The notes: generated by a model not told the origin, from the letters alone. A DNA stretch of 54,226 bases from Paraspadella gotoi (GCA_051294375.1 JBJCIZ010000744.1:795197-849422); one strand, 5' to 3'. Shown: positions 14,152-28,132, numbered from the stretch's first letter. Numbers and translations: made by a program.

Positions 14152-14492
14152 TCTCTCTCCTCTCCTTACGCTTTCACTATAACTTTCTTCTCAATTAAAA
14201 AAATATAAAAAATATATCTTCTTTGATCTTTCAACTGTGAGTCGTTCCGTCTTTGATCTGTTTCGTTGGGTCGTTCGTTCATAAATGTTTATTAAATGTA
14301 GATTATGTTCATGTTTTATTCAATATTCAATTCTTTATAATTCTTCATTTTTTTGAACGTGGATAACACGAGAAAGGATGGATTAAAAACAGAATACAAT
14401 GTACTGCGAAGGATTACAATGGGAAATGACTCTTGCCGGTCGTTGGTTGGAGGAAAAAGGAATATTGATCCAAACCGACGATGAAAGAAGGA

Positions 14493-14566
<74 letters not shown>

Positions 14567-14861
14567 TGTTGTAAATATTGTATGTTTTCTGCTAGCTCCT
14601 TCTATTTTACCTTTTTTCCTTTTTTCTTTTTACTTTAAGTAACATATTCTGGTTTGTCGAAAATCTCAACCATGAATATTTACGAACATTTATACGCAAC
14701 TTACATCATGCGAAACGCACAATGCACAATATGCAGTCAGCCTTCTGAAGCTTCTGGCAGGATTGGCAACAGAGAAAAGCCGTCGTCATTTGCAAAGAGA
14801 GAAGAATAACGAAGGCGACAAAGTTTGCACGCAATCTTGCATACACGTTTCAGCAGAAGAA

Positions 14862-14935
<74 letters not shown>

Positions 14936-16313
14936 CAGAGAGAGAGAGAGAGAGGAACTAGAAATTTTAAAATAAAAAAAAACGGGACACGAAATGGAGA
15001 GGAGAACTGAACGAAGCAGTCGTACTTGAGTCCGAGGCCATTCTGGGAAGAGGAAAGAAAGATGGAGTAAGACGGAGTAAGATGGACAAGAATGATGGAG
15101 AAGATTGATGTAGTGAGAAGAAAATAGTGAGAAGGGAAGAAAGGACGCGAGGAGAAAAAGGAAAATGAAAAAGGAGAAAATAATCGGCTCGGATATGAGC
15201 TATAGTAGTAGGGAACTAAATGGGTCAAAAATTAAAACATAATACCTAAATTCTACATAAAGTCACTCGACTAAAAGACTAGTAGAATTAAATAAACACT
15301 CATTGACAAAAATTAATATTGACTATTATGATTGCATTGTAGGGAAGTAGGCGTGGTTTATTGCTGTATGCTTGTGCGCTGGATGTAAAGTAAGGAAGAG
15401 CTCCAATCGGTGTTAACAACAAAAGCTTATTTCGAAACACTGTAGATGGCGCAAATCAATGGCTTCGTTTTTGGAACCGGAAGTGGCGCTGACGTTGGCG
15501 CTGACGCTCGTGGCATTAAAATGTTTATTGAACGTCTTATAAAAAGAACTGAACCAACTTATTTGGTTCTTGATTAAAATCACCTTAATAAAATAATCAA
15601 AGCATATAGATATTCCATTTACTAATTAGTAATTGCAATATCTATATGAGTAACAATAGTACAAGGTAAAATGATTAATTAACAATGATAAAGCAATAAT
15701 TATTAACGAGGTGTTTTGAGTTGATTAATTTCGATTTAAGCTGATTGTGAAAACATTTTCCAGACCTTGTGGAAACAACAAGTAAAAACATCTGATTATA
15801 TCATAACATATAAATGTTCATTTGTCTAAAAATAATAATAAAAGAGCAATGCAATAGTAATATAACGAATTAGTTATATAAGGTAGTTCCAGCATTACAA
15901 GTTCATCGGACTGAGTGGCGATGCTGGCATGTATCATAAATCAAATTAAATTAAATTAAATCCCAAATGAAATTAAAATAAATCCCAAATTAAATGAAAA
16001 TAAATCCCAAATTAAATTATAATAAATCCCAAATTAAATTAAAATAAATCCCAAATTAAATTAAATTAAATCCCAAATTAAATTAAATTAAATCCCAAAT
16101 TAAATTTCGCCGGAAATTACTTTGAAATTCCCTCGTCGCAATTTGGTCCGGAAAAATTTTTCCGGAAATGAAAGCGACTCGAAGAGACTCGAAGGTCCCT
16201 GGGACCCACCCCGTCCCCTGCCGCTACCGCCGCCGCTGCCGCTGCCGCTGCCGCCGTCCACGCGGAGACAACTTACCCTTTGACGGCATTTCATTGCGAG
16301 CAGAGAGAGGGGG

Positions 16314-16360
<47 letters not shown>

Positions 16361-16665
16361 GAGTCCTGGCCTCGATTCCCTCGACTCTATCGCGTTCCCT
16401 TACGTCCTCTCAAGGTCAAACGCCGATCGGAAGTTGACTTTCGTGGCGCGAAAATTAAGTCGGTCGGTCCTTCCGTCGTCAGGGGAATTTTTTGAATCCT
16501 CTTCGGAAAGTAAAAAGTAGGTCAAGTCAGAAATCCAGCGTCAGATGGATTTTTACCCTTCCTCTTTTTTTGACATGCCTGTCAGCCTGACTTTTCCTTT
16601 TTTTTTCTCTTTTTCTTTTTAAAACTATATATCTATTTATTCATATTTAAATGTATCTATCTATA

Positions 16666-16752
<87 letters not shown>

Positions 16753-19700
16753 TTATCTTTCTAAATATATAGTGTATATCATCTTAGTTGCAACGCGTAA
16801 ATTCGCGGTGCANNNNNNNNNNNNNNNNNNNNNNNNNNNNNNNNNNNNNNNNNNNNNNNNNNNNNNNNNNNNNNNNNNNNNNNNNNNNNNNNNNNNNNNN
16901 NNNNNNNNNNNNNNNNNNNNNNNNNNNNNNNNNNNNNNNNNNNNNNNNNNNNNNNNNNNNNNNNNNNNNNNNNNNNNNNNNNNNNNNNNNNNNNNNNNNN
17001 NNNNNNNNNNNNNNNNNNNNNNNNNNNNNNNNNNNNNNNNNNNNNNNNNNNNNNNNNNNNNNTTGCTTATGGTTATTCATAGCATAAGAAGCTTATTGAG
17101 AACATGCCGTATAGAAATTCGTGCAATAAAAAAGTCAATGTGACTTAATAAAATTTCTGTTTTGTGTTTTTCTTTTTTTATTATTTTTTTAAAAAATTTT
17201 TATTCATTTTATTTTAATTTTTTTTCTCTCTTTCCATTTAAATATCTTCGTTCACAATATTTCGTCTTCAATTCCCGACGCAATTTGTCAAAATCCTTTC
17301 TAAGAACGATATTTTTCACGCAGCGACGCCATTTCTTGAGTCGTTGTTTGCGTTGCCGCAAAATTTTGAAGCTATTTTTTTTTGCGGCCAAAACTCCCAC
17401 TCCCCTTTTGGGTCTCGAAAGATTCAAATAACATTGATATCGAAAACAAAACGACATCTAAGGAAAAAAAATTTACCAAAAATTATTTTTTTCTCTTGAC
17501 TTAAAAAAAATCTCGCTTTATTGTAGAAATCGCATTTTTCATCACAAATTTTTCGTGACAGAAAAATGAATAATTTTTCGTTCGACGACGGTTCGTCGTT
17601 GTTGGTCGTTGTCGTTGTTGTTGCCAATGATGTCGTTCTATTGACGTCCAAGAAAGACTTTGAAACGGTTCAGCTATTACCGGTCCTCGTATCACCGATC
17701 GCCAATCGCCGCGACCGCACCCAATTGCCAATCGTCTTATCTGTCGCCCCTCCGATTCCTTTGATGCGAATGACGATCATGTAGATGTTGTTGTTGTTGT
17801 TGGTTTTGTTGTTGTTGTTGTTGTTGTTGTTGTACTGTATCTGTGTTGCTTTGTGTTGTTTTTGTGACTTGTTGTTGTTGTTTGTTGTTTGTCGTCTTTT
17901 GTTCGTTCGTGTGTTTGAAATCGTTTGATTCTCGAAGTGGCGACGCCAAACATTGATTTTTTTTTATTAAAAAAAAACAAAGAAAACTCCACGAAAAATC
18001 GAGCTTACCCCGAGCATGACGACTCGACGTCCGGGATGTTCATCCATCTACGTTGCTCGTCCGTCGTCGCTCGCTAGTCGTCGTTGCTCTCATCCGTCCA
18101 GTCGTTGTTGTTTGTCTTCGATTGTCGTTTCGCAGATGGCCTCGAACTTGGGTAATCCAGCACCCGGAAACTGACAGGGCGTTGGAGCCCCCTAGTGTAA
18201 GCGGGAGAGGCTTGGACATACTTGTGGTACTATAGTGTGGCCACTAGGAGGCCAGTTACGCGCTTAGGGGCTGAATGTTGACCCGAAAAAAGAGTAGATT
18301 TGCATGTTCATTTCATTTCTTGCGTTCAAAAGTAGATTCATTTCACACTAGTATCGGTCTCCCTGACTCGCGGATTTGCCTCTCGGCTAACTTCTCAGGG
18401 TTCCAAAACAAGAAATTGTTATTAAGTGACATATGCAACTGTGAAGTCGTGAAATGCCAGTACATGTGAAGCTGTAGGAAGCGGCTAAAACACTAAACAG
18501 TCTGAATCTTTTAACACTGTGAAGCGTAAACCATCGATCGTGGTTTTGCATATGTGGTGTGAAGAAAGTAGAGACGTGTGAGAGAGTGAAACTGTTCAAC
18601 TGTAGAAGTGTGGAAATTCGAAGTGTGAAGATTAAACATGTTAATTCCTCTCAGTCGCGACGGCCGGAATTAAGAGACGGGCGTCTGGCCATGGATTCGG
18701 GCCTCGACGGCGCACCGGGATTTGCAGGCCAGCCACCATCGGCAGATGCGACCGGAGACGACGCCGCCGTGCGGAGGACGCGACTTGTGGCGACGCCCGA
18801 CTGAGCGGAAAAAACCAACATTCATCGTAATGAACGTCATTTGTTTCGCTCTTTCGGTTAATAAGATGGAGTGATGGATCGAGGGGCGACCTGGCCGAGG
18901 ACGGAGGAGGAGGAGAGGAGGAGGAAGACGAGGAGGGGGAGGGGAAAGTATTGTTAAGGGAAAGATTGGAGAGATGAGGGATAATTAAAGCAAAAGCAAT
19001 ACGGAGGACAAAAGAAGTGGAACGACATTTTAGATGAATGATCGTAGCAAAGAGAGAGAACGGAGAAATAGAGAGAGAGAGAGAAGAGAGAAGAGAGAGA
19101 GAGAGAGCGAAGAGTACGACAAAGTGTCAGACGAAGACAGAGATGAGGAGAGACGCTTAGAGAGAGACGAGAGATGAGACTAGAGAGAGACGGAGAGAAG
19201 AGAGGACCCGGGTCACAAAAAGCTTATTTGACTACTGGTTCTGTTGTCTTGCTTTCTAACCAGAAACGAATGGCGTGGGGGAGGCCGAAGTGCGGAAAAC
19301 TCAATTGGGCGTCGTCGCTGTACACTTGCTACACAGAAGAAGACTTAAGACAGAGAGGAGAGCAGCAGAAGATGAATGCAGAGCGAGAGAGCGAGAGAGA
19401 GAGAAAGACGAGAGCACGAACGAGATCGAGAGAGAGCGCAGAGAAAGACGATGAGAGCGACGAGGAGAACGAGAGAGAGGAGAGAGAGAGAGCGAATGGT
19501 CTAAAGGCCCGCTTAACTTAAGCGCTTTAATGGGCAGTATTTAGTAATAATTTGGAATCTTTTGTCTTTCTCATGGCAAACAGAATGAAAAAAAAGTAAA
19601 CGATTTAAATAATCTTTTGAAATAAAACTTGCTTCAACAATTTAGTGGCGGAGCCAATAATGCAGAATACTGTAGCTTAAGAGGTCAGTTCTATAAATTA

Positions 19701-22700
19701 TTTCATGCTTACTTCTCCCGCTAAGGAATCTCATACCATAAGCTGGAAAACAATTTACTCTTCTACTAAAGTGTTGCTAATTGCGATTTAAGAAGTAAAA
19801 AAAAAACACTAAGCACTCAGAAACCCATTTGTAAAAGTATAAAACATTTATAAATTTATAAACAAAATTGAGAAACATATTCATTCGTCCAAAAGAATAT
19901 CCATTAAGAGCATGCCTAACGGGGGTTTCCTGAACGGGGGCACAACAAGGTTAACGAAGGCCGTGGTTAAGGTTTAAGGTTAGTAACAAGGGCACAATAG
20001 CAGTCTAAAAAGAAATTCTTGAATAAAGGTCGTTTTGACGGGAGGTTTTTGGTCCCGTCCATTTGTTCCACAAATCGGGGGAAAACTCGACACCCTCTAA
20101 ACACTTCGTTTAGTCTTAAAACTCCTTAGAGATCAAATTAATTAGTTTTATATGGTTCAAGCGATAGAGATCGTACGGCTAACGTGAATTATGGTCAGAG
20201 ATCCTTAGGCATCCCGGTATTGATTAGGATTTAAAAAATTACAGAGCTTACAGCGTATTAACCAGCGTAAGATCAAGGTGCAATTCAACGGGATACCTTA
20301 GGTTCATGTGACGTTAACGTGCAAAGGTTAAATGATGTTAGGACTTCAAGGATTAAATTGAATTATTTGGCTAAAATGATTAGGCACTTCAATCTTAGAG
20401 CTATGAAATTAAGTTACACGCGCGATCTACCGAACCACCAGCCACCACCTGGGCGGCATTGCGACAAAACAGGATAGAATTCCAGACAAGCTTTATCCAT
20501 TACCACAAGACAAACACGGAAAAAACAATTTTACCAACGAGCCAAAAGATAATATATATCCTCTCTCTGTTNNNNNNNNNNNNNNNNNNNNNNNNNTGAC
20601 GCGGTCGTGGAAGCCTACGTGAAGCGGAGAGGCTGGCTACTGGGTACTACCCAGTGGGCCACTGGGTAGTAAGGCGTATTAAAATTTCTAAATTTAACTT
20701 TAATTAAAATTCTAAAAGTGAGGAACTAACAATATTATACTAATAAACATTTATGTAATAAAAAAATTTATAATAAATTTTACAATTTACGCAGTAGGCC
20801 ATACTAAACCAATAAATGTTAAAATTTCAAAACAGTTTTTTCTAAGATTTTTTTGCAGATTTGGATTCGTCATAAAAAGTTGATAAAAAGAAATAAAATA
20901 CTTTTTAAAAAATTTCTTCATTAAGTGGGTCAAAAATTAGAAAAAACTATATTTTAAGCTGAAAATTAACTTTTTATATATTAAATATAGTTTTTTAAAT
21001 TTTTAACCCACTTAATGAAATAATTTTTAAAAATGATTTATATTTTCTTTTATCAACTTTTGACGAGAAATTCAAATCTGCAATCAAAATTAAGAAAAGC
21101 CTAGTTTGAAATTTTTCGATTTTATAAGGATAGTACTATATATAAATATAGCCTACTGCGAAAATTAAAAAACATAAAATTAATTTTTTTTACAAACTAA
21201 TGTTCACTGATCGTATGTTGTTCATAATTGACTTTTATAATTTTCGAATGTAACTTTCACTACGCCTTACTGGGTAGGCCAGTTGGTAGGGCTGAATGTG
21301 GCCGGAAAGAGTAGATACATTTCATTTCATTTTTGGTTCAAAGTAGATTCATTTCACACATATTGGTGCTTCGAGCTCAGGCGAATTTCCTGACTCCAGG
21401 TAATATTCAGCAGTCTCAAAAACAAGAGCTCAATACGGTATGTAAGGAAGTATGAACCCTTGTGAAAGTGCTGTAAATTGCGAAACTGTCAATCTCGTGC
21501 AAGGTTGCCGGTAGGAAGGGGTAAACACTAAAACGTGAATCTTTTAACTGTGAAGCTAAACAGTGATCGTGGTTTGATTGTGTGTGTGTGAAAAGTAGAG
21601 AGTGAGAGTGAACTGTTAACTGTGAAGTGTGAAATTGAAGTGTGAAGTTAACAGTTAATTCCTCTCAGTCGCGACGCCGGAGGATTAGAGACGGCGGTCG
21701 GATATTCGGCCTCGACGGCGCCGGATTGAGGCGCCACCATTCGATGGCGACGGAGACGACGCCGCCTGCGACGATGCCGACGGATGGGCGACCCCCGACG
21801 CGGACAAAACAAATCATCCGGAATGGAACGTTGCCATTTAGTTTACGTCTCCTTTCGATTAACCTCAAGACTCGGGTGATGGATGGAGTGGGGGGAGGCG
21901 AATGAGAGGAGAGAGGAGAGGACGGAAGAGAGGAGGGAGGGAAGATTTGAAGCGGATATAGAATGACAAAGAGTGAACGCAAGAAGAGAGAAAGAAGAGA
22001 AAGAAGGAGAGAGAGAGAAAGAGCAACGAGGATAGGGGGGAGGAAGAGAGAGAGAGTGGAGAGAGAGTAGAGAGGAGAGACAAAGAGCGGGTCACAAATA
22101 TAAGACTTAATATTTGACTAGGTTCTGTGCTTCTTCCTAACCAGAAAACGAAGCGGGGCGGGAGACGCGATCAGTGGGTATAACTCTCCAATGGTGCGTG
22201 TCGCTGACACTCCGCACACGCGAAAGACGCCAAGCTGAAGAGAGATAGAGAGAGAGAAACGAATCTGTTCCTTCGACCGCTTGAGCGAACCGTAGAGATG
22301 AGACTGACGAGATATGATATGAGCAATGGACGAGACGACGAGAAGACAGAAGAGAGAGCTAGAGAGTGTGAGATGAGAGCCGCGTCTAATTAATTCAATT
22401 GTTAGTTGATGTTTTATTTCGAGTAATCAAATTCTGAACGTCTCTTGTACTCTTTGCATTTCTTGCATGGCTAGAAGCAGAATGAAAAAAAAGAACGATT
22501 TAAATAATTTTTGAAATAAAACTTGTAAAATTTAGTGGGGAGCCAAATGAGAATATGTATTAAGTCAGTTCTTAAATTATTTCATTATCTCGCAAGAATC
22601 TCATACATAGCTGAAAAAATACTTCTACTAAAGTGTTGCTAATGTTTAAGAAGTAAAAAAAAAACAAACTCAAAACCATTTGTAAAAAGTATAAAATATA

Positions 22701-22770
22701 ATTTTAAACAAAATTGAAAAAAATTATTCGTCAAAAGAATCATTAAGAGATGCTTAAGGGGGTTAAGGGG
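14152..22770 (-). repeat. Inverted copies of 1653-9811, partly duplicated in tandem and partly noisy
   Basis: See the matches listed for 1653-11213. About 17800-20571 and 21350-22450 carry dense single-base indels relative to the forward copy. 18160-20571 and 20597-23245 are tandem direct copies of each other. Confidence 0.9.
20669..21270. mobile_element. Inverted copy of the 600-bp fold-back element with a perfect 6-bp TSD (TGGGTA)
   Basis: TGGGTA (20663-20668), GTAAGGCGTA ... TACGCCTTAC (21261-21270), TGGGTA (21271-21276). Confidence 0.85.
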
Positions 22771-23145
22771 ACAACAAGGTTAACGAAGGGGTTTAAGGTT
22801 TAAGGGGTAAAAGGGCAAATAGCAGTTAAAGAATTCTTGAATTAAGTGTTTGTGACGGGAGTTTTTGGCCGTCATTTCCAAACGGGAAACTCGACCCATT
22901 TTAGTTTAAATTTAGAGTCAAATTAATTTTTTATATTAAGGATAGAGATTAGGCTAGGAATTATGTCAGAGATTAGGGGGTAGGATTAGGATTAAAAATT
23001 AGAGTTAAGGATTAAGGTAAATAAGCAATAAGGGATTAGGTTATGAGTTAAGTTAAGGTTAAAGATTAGGATTAAGGATTAAATTGAATTATTTGGTAAA
23101 AGATTAGGATTATATCTTAGACTTGAAATTAAGTTAAGGGATTAG
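22757..23145 (+). repeat. Degenerate TTAGG/TTAAGG-rich telomere-like tract
   Basis: Many GGATTA, GGTTAA and TTAGG variants, e.g. GATTAGGGGGTAGGATTAGGATTA. A noisy duplicate lies at about 19920-20420. Confidence 0.55.
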
Positions 23146-23837
23146 AAACAGAATGGGGCGATTTCGAAAAACAGTGTCGAATTTTTTACCAAAAAAAGGA
23201 AAAAAATTCTTACCACCCCGAGCCAAAAAAGATTTTTTCTCTTTCCGGATGATAATTTTTCCCTTTTGAAATTTTTTATTTTCCTGGCATCCAAATTTTT
23301 CGTCGGGATTTCCTTTTGCCTTACTTTTTTTTAATCTCTTCCTTACCTTATTTTTTTTCCCTTCGCTGGGCGACGGGTATCACTCACTTTTTTTTATTCC
23401 CGTGGAGGCCCGACCTCGGATCCATTTGAAGAGAATATTTCACCGAGAAAAAAAACATGATCTTAAAAAATAAAATTATCACGAATTATATTCTGTCCTA
23501 ATTTAAACAGAAAAAAAAATATCGATCGAATCATATTTGCCTTCGACAAATTTGCGTTTTTTATTTTTTTATTTTTTCGAGAAAAAAAATTTGAGCTCTC
23601 AAGATATTTGATCTTTGATATATGATATATGATCTTTGTTATATTAGTCTCTCACACACACAAAAAGGAAATGAAAATATGTAATGAATTAATGATATAT
23701 TTAATTTTAAGTAAATCTTTTGCTTCTATGCATTCATCTTCGTCATTTCAAAGATTTTAAGATTGGAATAATTTTTTTTTCTCTGGAAAGAATCTTTTTA
23801 GATTCCAAAGTTGAATCAAAGAAATCCGCTCTTATCT

Positions 23838-23868
<31 letters not shown>

Positions 23869-24179
23869 TCGTCGTTCGTCGTCGTCATCGTCGTTCGTCG
23901 TCTTCCTCTTTTTCATCTTCTATCGGCTTTCACAGCAAACCCGGAAAAGCGTGAACAAGCAAACAAAATGACAAACAAAGAAACACGAAACTAAAAAAAA
24001 ATCAAGATGGAGAAGAAAGGAAAGGATTACCAGTAAAAACTAAACAAAAAAAGCGATATTATCACGTTTTCGCATTTTATATTTTATAATTAAATGTCTA
24101 AAAATGAATAATTAAAATACGAACCGAAATTTATTTTGCTTCCGGTGCAGCAACGTTCGTTTTATTTACAATTTCGATT

Positions 24180-24196
24180 TTCAAATTTTCCCGCGC
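24180..24196 (-). promoter_or_regulatory. Candidate E2F/CDE-CHR (DREAM-type) composite element
   Basis: The minus strand reads GCGCGGG-AAAA-TTTGAA: an E2F/CDE-like core, a 4-nt spacer and the CHR consensus TTTGAA. An ETS-like CTTCCGG lies nearby at ~24139. Confidence 0.4.
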
Positions 24197-24290
24197 AATT
24201 TCCCGATTTTATTTTTTACGGACTTATTTTAGCGAGTGGTTTGTTTATATCGTTTATTTACTTTAAAAGGCCCCAATTTTGATCGTTGTA

Positions 24291-25232
24291 CATGGTGACA
24301 ATTTTACAAGCACCGGTAGAAATATGCTGTCATTTGCAAACCAGTTGTTATTTCATTGATTTTAAAAATTAGTTGAGTAGAAAATACTAAAACTATTTAT
24401 GTGTTAAAATTTTATATTGATCAGTTAAGATATGCCTTGTCCATGAGTGGAGAAAGTTGGCTTGTCAAATCGGGTTTCATTTTTTGTTTTTAAATTCAAT
24501 TTTTTTTTTGAACTTTTAGCATTTTTTTAAACAAAGTATTTATTAAAAATTAACAATATTAATATCCTCAGAAAGCCCTTAAAAATATGAAGAGATTGAT
24601 ATACTTACGAAAGCTTTAACATAAAAAGTAAGCTGCCCAGCCTTGGTTCAATTAAGAGTGTCAAAAGTGAATTATTTAAAATTTTAAATCTTTTTTTAAA
24701 ATATATGACCTGTTTAAATTAGTATAACAAAAAAAATAATTTATTATTTATGTATCATGAAAGAGCCTGAGAAAAAAAATTTAAGATAGCCAATCACAAT
24801 TTGATAAAAATTTTAAATTTACTCTCCAGCTATTGATTTTTAAAAAGATGTCTTGTTTTTGAATATCCTAATTAAATTAAAGCTGGGCCAGTTAAATTTT
24901 ATACTACAGTAGTCGTAAGTATATAATTCTTTTCATATATTTAAGGGCTTTCTGAGGATATTAATATCGTTAATATTTTAATAAATACTTTGTTTAAAAA
25001 AGTGCTAAAAGTTAAAAAAAAAATTGAATTTAAAAACAGTGAGTTAAAAAATGAAACCAGATTTGACAAGCCAACTTTCTCCACTCATTGTCAAAGCATA
25101 TCTTAACTGATCAATATAAAATTTTAACACAGTTTTAGTATTTTTTACTCAACTAAATTTTAAAATCAATAAAATAACCACTGGTTTGAAAATGACAGCG
25201 TATTTCTACCGCGTTGTAAAATTGTCACCATG
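24291..25232. mobile_element. Fold-back MITE (~940 bp) with long TIRs and TA target duplication (Tc1/mariner-type ends)
   Basis: TA|CATGGTGACAATTTTACAA ... TTGTAAAATTGTCACCATG|TA. The arms stay complementary for over 300 bp (GAGTGGAGAAAGTTGGCTTGTCAAATC / GATTTGACAAGCCAACTTTCTCCACTC; ATATCCTCAGAAAGCCCTTAAA / TTTAAGGGCTTTCTGAGGATAT). No ORF. Confidence 0.9.
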
Positions 25233-25325
25233 TACAGTACAATTTGTACTCAGTTTCGGCTCGACATTTTTTTTTATTAGATCTACTGAAGCGTTAATAT
25301 ATTTCGTTATTCATCTTTCTCTCTC

Positions 25326-25362
<37 letters not shown>

Positions 25363-26007
25363 CTCTCTCTCTCTCTCTCTGTCTCTCTCCTCTCTCTCAT
25401 CACATTTCTTTTAAATGTCTTGTCAAATTCACCGCCAGTTACATGATGAAGACTTGCATCAAAGTCGAAACATGTCCATTGATAATAAAATCGTTGTTCG
25501 AAACTAAATCAACTCTACTAACTATCTTCATTATATTTTATCTTACTCCTTCTTATGTTTCTATCTAAATTTTAAAATTCATAACCATATACAGATAATT
25601 AGAATTTAATGCAATAAACGTGTTACAGATGTGGATATTGATAATTCAAGCATACATTTAAACAATATTTGCTTGAAGCGGGTGAGTATCGGTGGTGACT
25701 TATGTAAGTTTCCATTACAAACGATATTACATTAATGCTTGATGTGCAATATAAACAGCATTATAATTCAAATATAACAGCAGCACAGAAAATAAACTTG
25801 TGTTATTATTATAGTAAAAGTAACGATACCCAAATAAGTAAATTTAAATCTTTTTGATTTATTGGCCAAGGTTGTAGTAGAGATAGGAATAAGCAACTTC
25901 AATTGTTTTATTAGATGTAAATAAATGATTAGGAATATGGTGCTCGTTTCTACAGTGATTCAGAAACGAATGTCAACATACCATTTTTTATCCATCATTA
26001 TTCTTTA

Positions 26008-27599
26008 TCATAAAAATGTAGACTCACAATATTGTATCAACAAAATAGATAAGTTCACGCCAGGGTAATTCTTAAAGACTTCTTTGTCAAGTGCTGTCAG
26101 AAATTGGTCAAAAGTGAACTGATATTGTTTGGTGGATCGTGAACTCGAACGACGTAAAATGATTTCCATGGAACGAAGTGAATTGAGTCGGATGGCGTGA
26201 TCGCTGAAGTAAGTCACAATTCTGACCCATCCTTTCTGATACTGATGCACGAAATTTTTGTAAACGGCTCATATCGTTTCTTGCGATGAGTTTTGACAAG
26301 TGAAGATAACAGATTAAACTTAAAGGTGATTAAAATGATGGCTACCAAAGATTTTAAGATAAGTCGTATTTTTCTGTTCCATTATTTTTTCTAAAGACGA
26401 AAGTCATACAAATAATTTGAGGCAACAATGAAACGCTGAAATCCCATTACAAATCAAGGCTGATGTCAAATACTATATTCCTTTCCTAAAGCTTGAAACT
26501 TTTCCAACGAACTATCCGAACCAGCGCAGCACAATGCCAGTACTTTTGTACATTCTTTGTAATATCATTGCCCTTTTTAAAATGAAGAAGCTAAACAAAG
26601 TGCCAAGAATAGAGCTTAGCAAGCCACAAATACTTTTTTCTTTGCGCGATAGATTTTTTCTGAGACTGCCAGCGAACCCTTCTAAAAACAGAAAAAGAAA
26701 ATTTATCAAAAACGAGGCCGAGAAAAAATTTGAAAACATCATGTAACTTCTGTACAGTGTTTCTTTCGATTTGAACAAACTGGTGTAATTTATGTTAGCC
26801 AAACACGTCTCGTTATTACATTGAAACAATCAGAACAGTTAAATATCGCGGGTTGAGAAACATGTAATTTCCAACGGAAATTCTTCGCCCTTCGACAATA
26901 AAGTTTGATGGATATTTGGATTTGTATAATTGACATGACATTAGACCCTTTTGGGAAATGTTTATTTCCCATCTTGCTTTGAAACAAACTGAAGGAAATA
27001 AAGTTCTGAAAGTCACTTATCTTCCATTCGCATATCTTTTCTTCATTGGTTTGCCAAAAACAAATGCAAGGCTTAGATATTTTTGGATAATTTTACCAGA
27101 GTATTGTTGGGACTTATTGCGAACAGAGCGTATTTTTGGTCATTGACGGGAAAGCATTGCTCCATAGTTCCAGACGTCAAGTCTGAAATCAATGTGGTTG
27201 CCTGCATCAGAATTTGTGGAAACGATTCCAAGACGATGTGAAGAAAGTCCAATGTTCCACGCGCCAAATTTTCGTCTCGACAGACTCCGAAATTGTAGCG
27301 TGGAGGGGCAGGCGTTTGTCCATCTGATGATCTAAATTAAAGAGCACGTTGGCAAGGCCAAAGACAGACACGACGGCAGTGCCGATGATCCGCCAGGCGC
27401 TTCCGCAGAGTCGACGATACGATGCCGACTCTCGACGCAAACTGCGCCAAACATGGGCGCTGGAGACAGTGCAGTGGATCGGCAGGACCACCCCCATGGC
27501 AGCTCCAAAGTAGCGCTCGAGAGGATAATCCTTTTGGCAAAAAAGGATCGTCGTTTGAAAGTCGATAACGATAACGAATATGATATTTTGTGAGTTCAT
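26008..27599 (-). pseudogene. Disrupted tandem paralogue of the 757-aa XK-like membrane protein
   Basis: Collinear fragments in shifting frames: MNSQNII..DFQTTILFCQKDYPLERYFGAAMGVVL; LDFLHIVLESFPQILMQATTLISDLTSGT; VCFKAR..CQLYKSKYPS; LFKSKETLYRSY..NFFSASF; SVSLLPQIIC (~26410-26440); QYQKGWVRIVTYFS..LDKEVFKNY. There are several frameshifts, and regions equivalent to ~aa 185-355 and ~aa 420-480 of the intact gene are missing. Confidence 0.85.
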
Positions 27600-28132
27600 C
27601 TCGAACGATAATAATGAGAGAATGCCAAAAGAATTAAGCGAGCTATATATATACATACTGCGCAGAGTCGAAATATAAGTCAGCTATGAAAATGACCTTA
27701 TATTGCTCTAAAGTTGAGTAAAAACTATTTTGAGTTAATTTTTTTAAATATTGCATTTAATGAATATATACAGAATAGCAGATGTTGATATTTCATTTAA
27801 AAAACAAAAAAAAAAAAAACAAAAAAACTGGGCGGATTCTTTTGTTGTTTTTTTTAATATGTATTTATTATATTGCTTTTCTGTTTTGCGTTTATTATTT
27901 TCCAGCTTAATGTTCAATCACTTTGCAACTTTGAATATTGTGTAATTAAATGTTTTACATATTTATTAAAGTAACCTNNNNNNNNNNCTTTGCGAGAAAA
28001 AATTTGAAAACATCATGTAAATTGTGTAGTCTGTTAGTTTATTAAAGTAACCTTTTTTTCTCAGTAAAGGGGGGGTGGTTTTTTAAAATTCTTTTTGGGT
28101 TGCTCTAAAAATATTTGTGGAAAGGCCGGCCA

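Noticed and set aside
17800-20571. Apparently ancient, diverged paralogue of 1655-4000
   Set aside because: The differences are dense single-base insertions that even disrupt microsatellites, as in uncorrected long reads. I do not treat them as evolutionary divergence.
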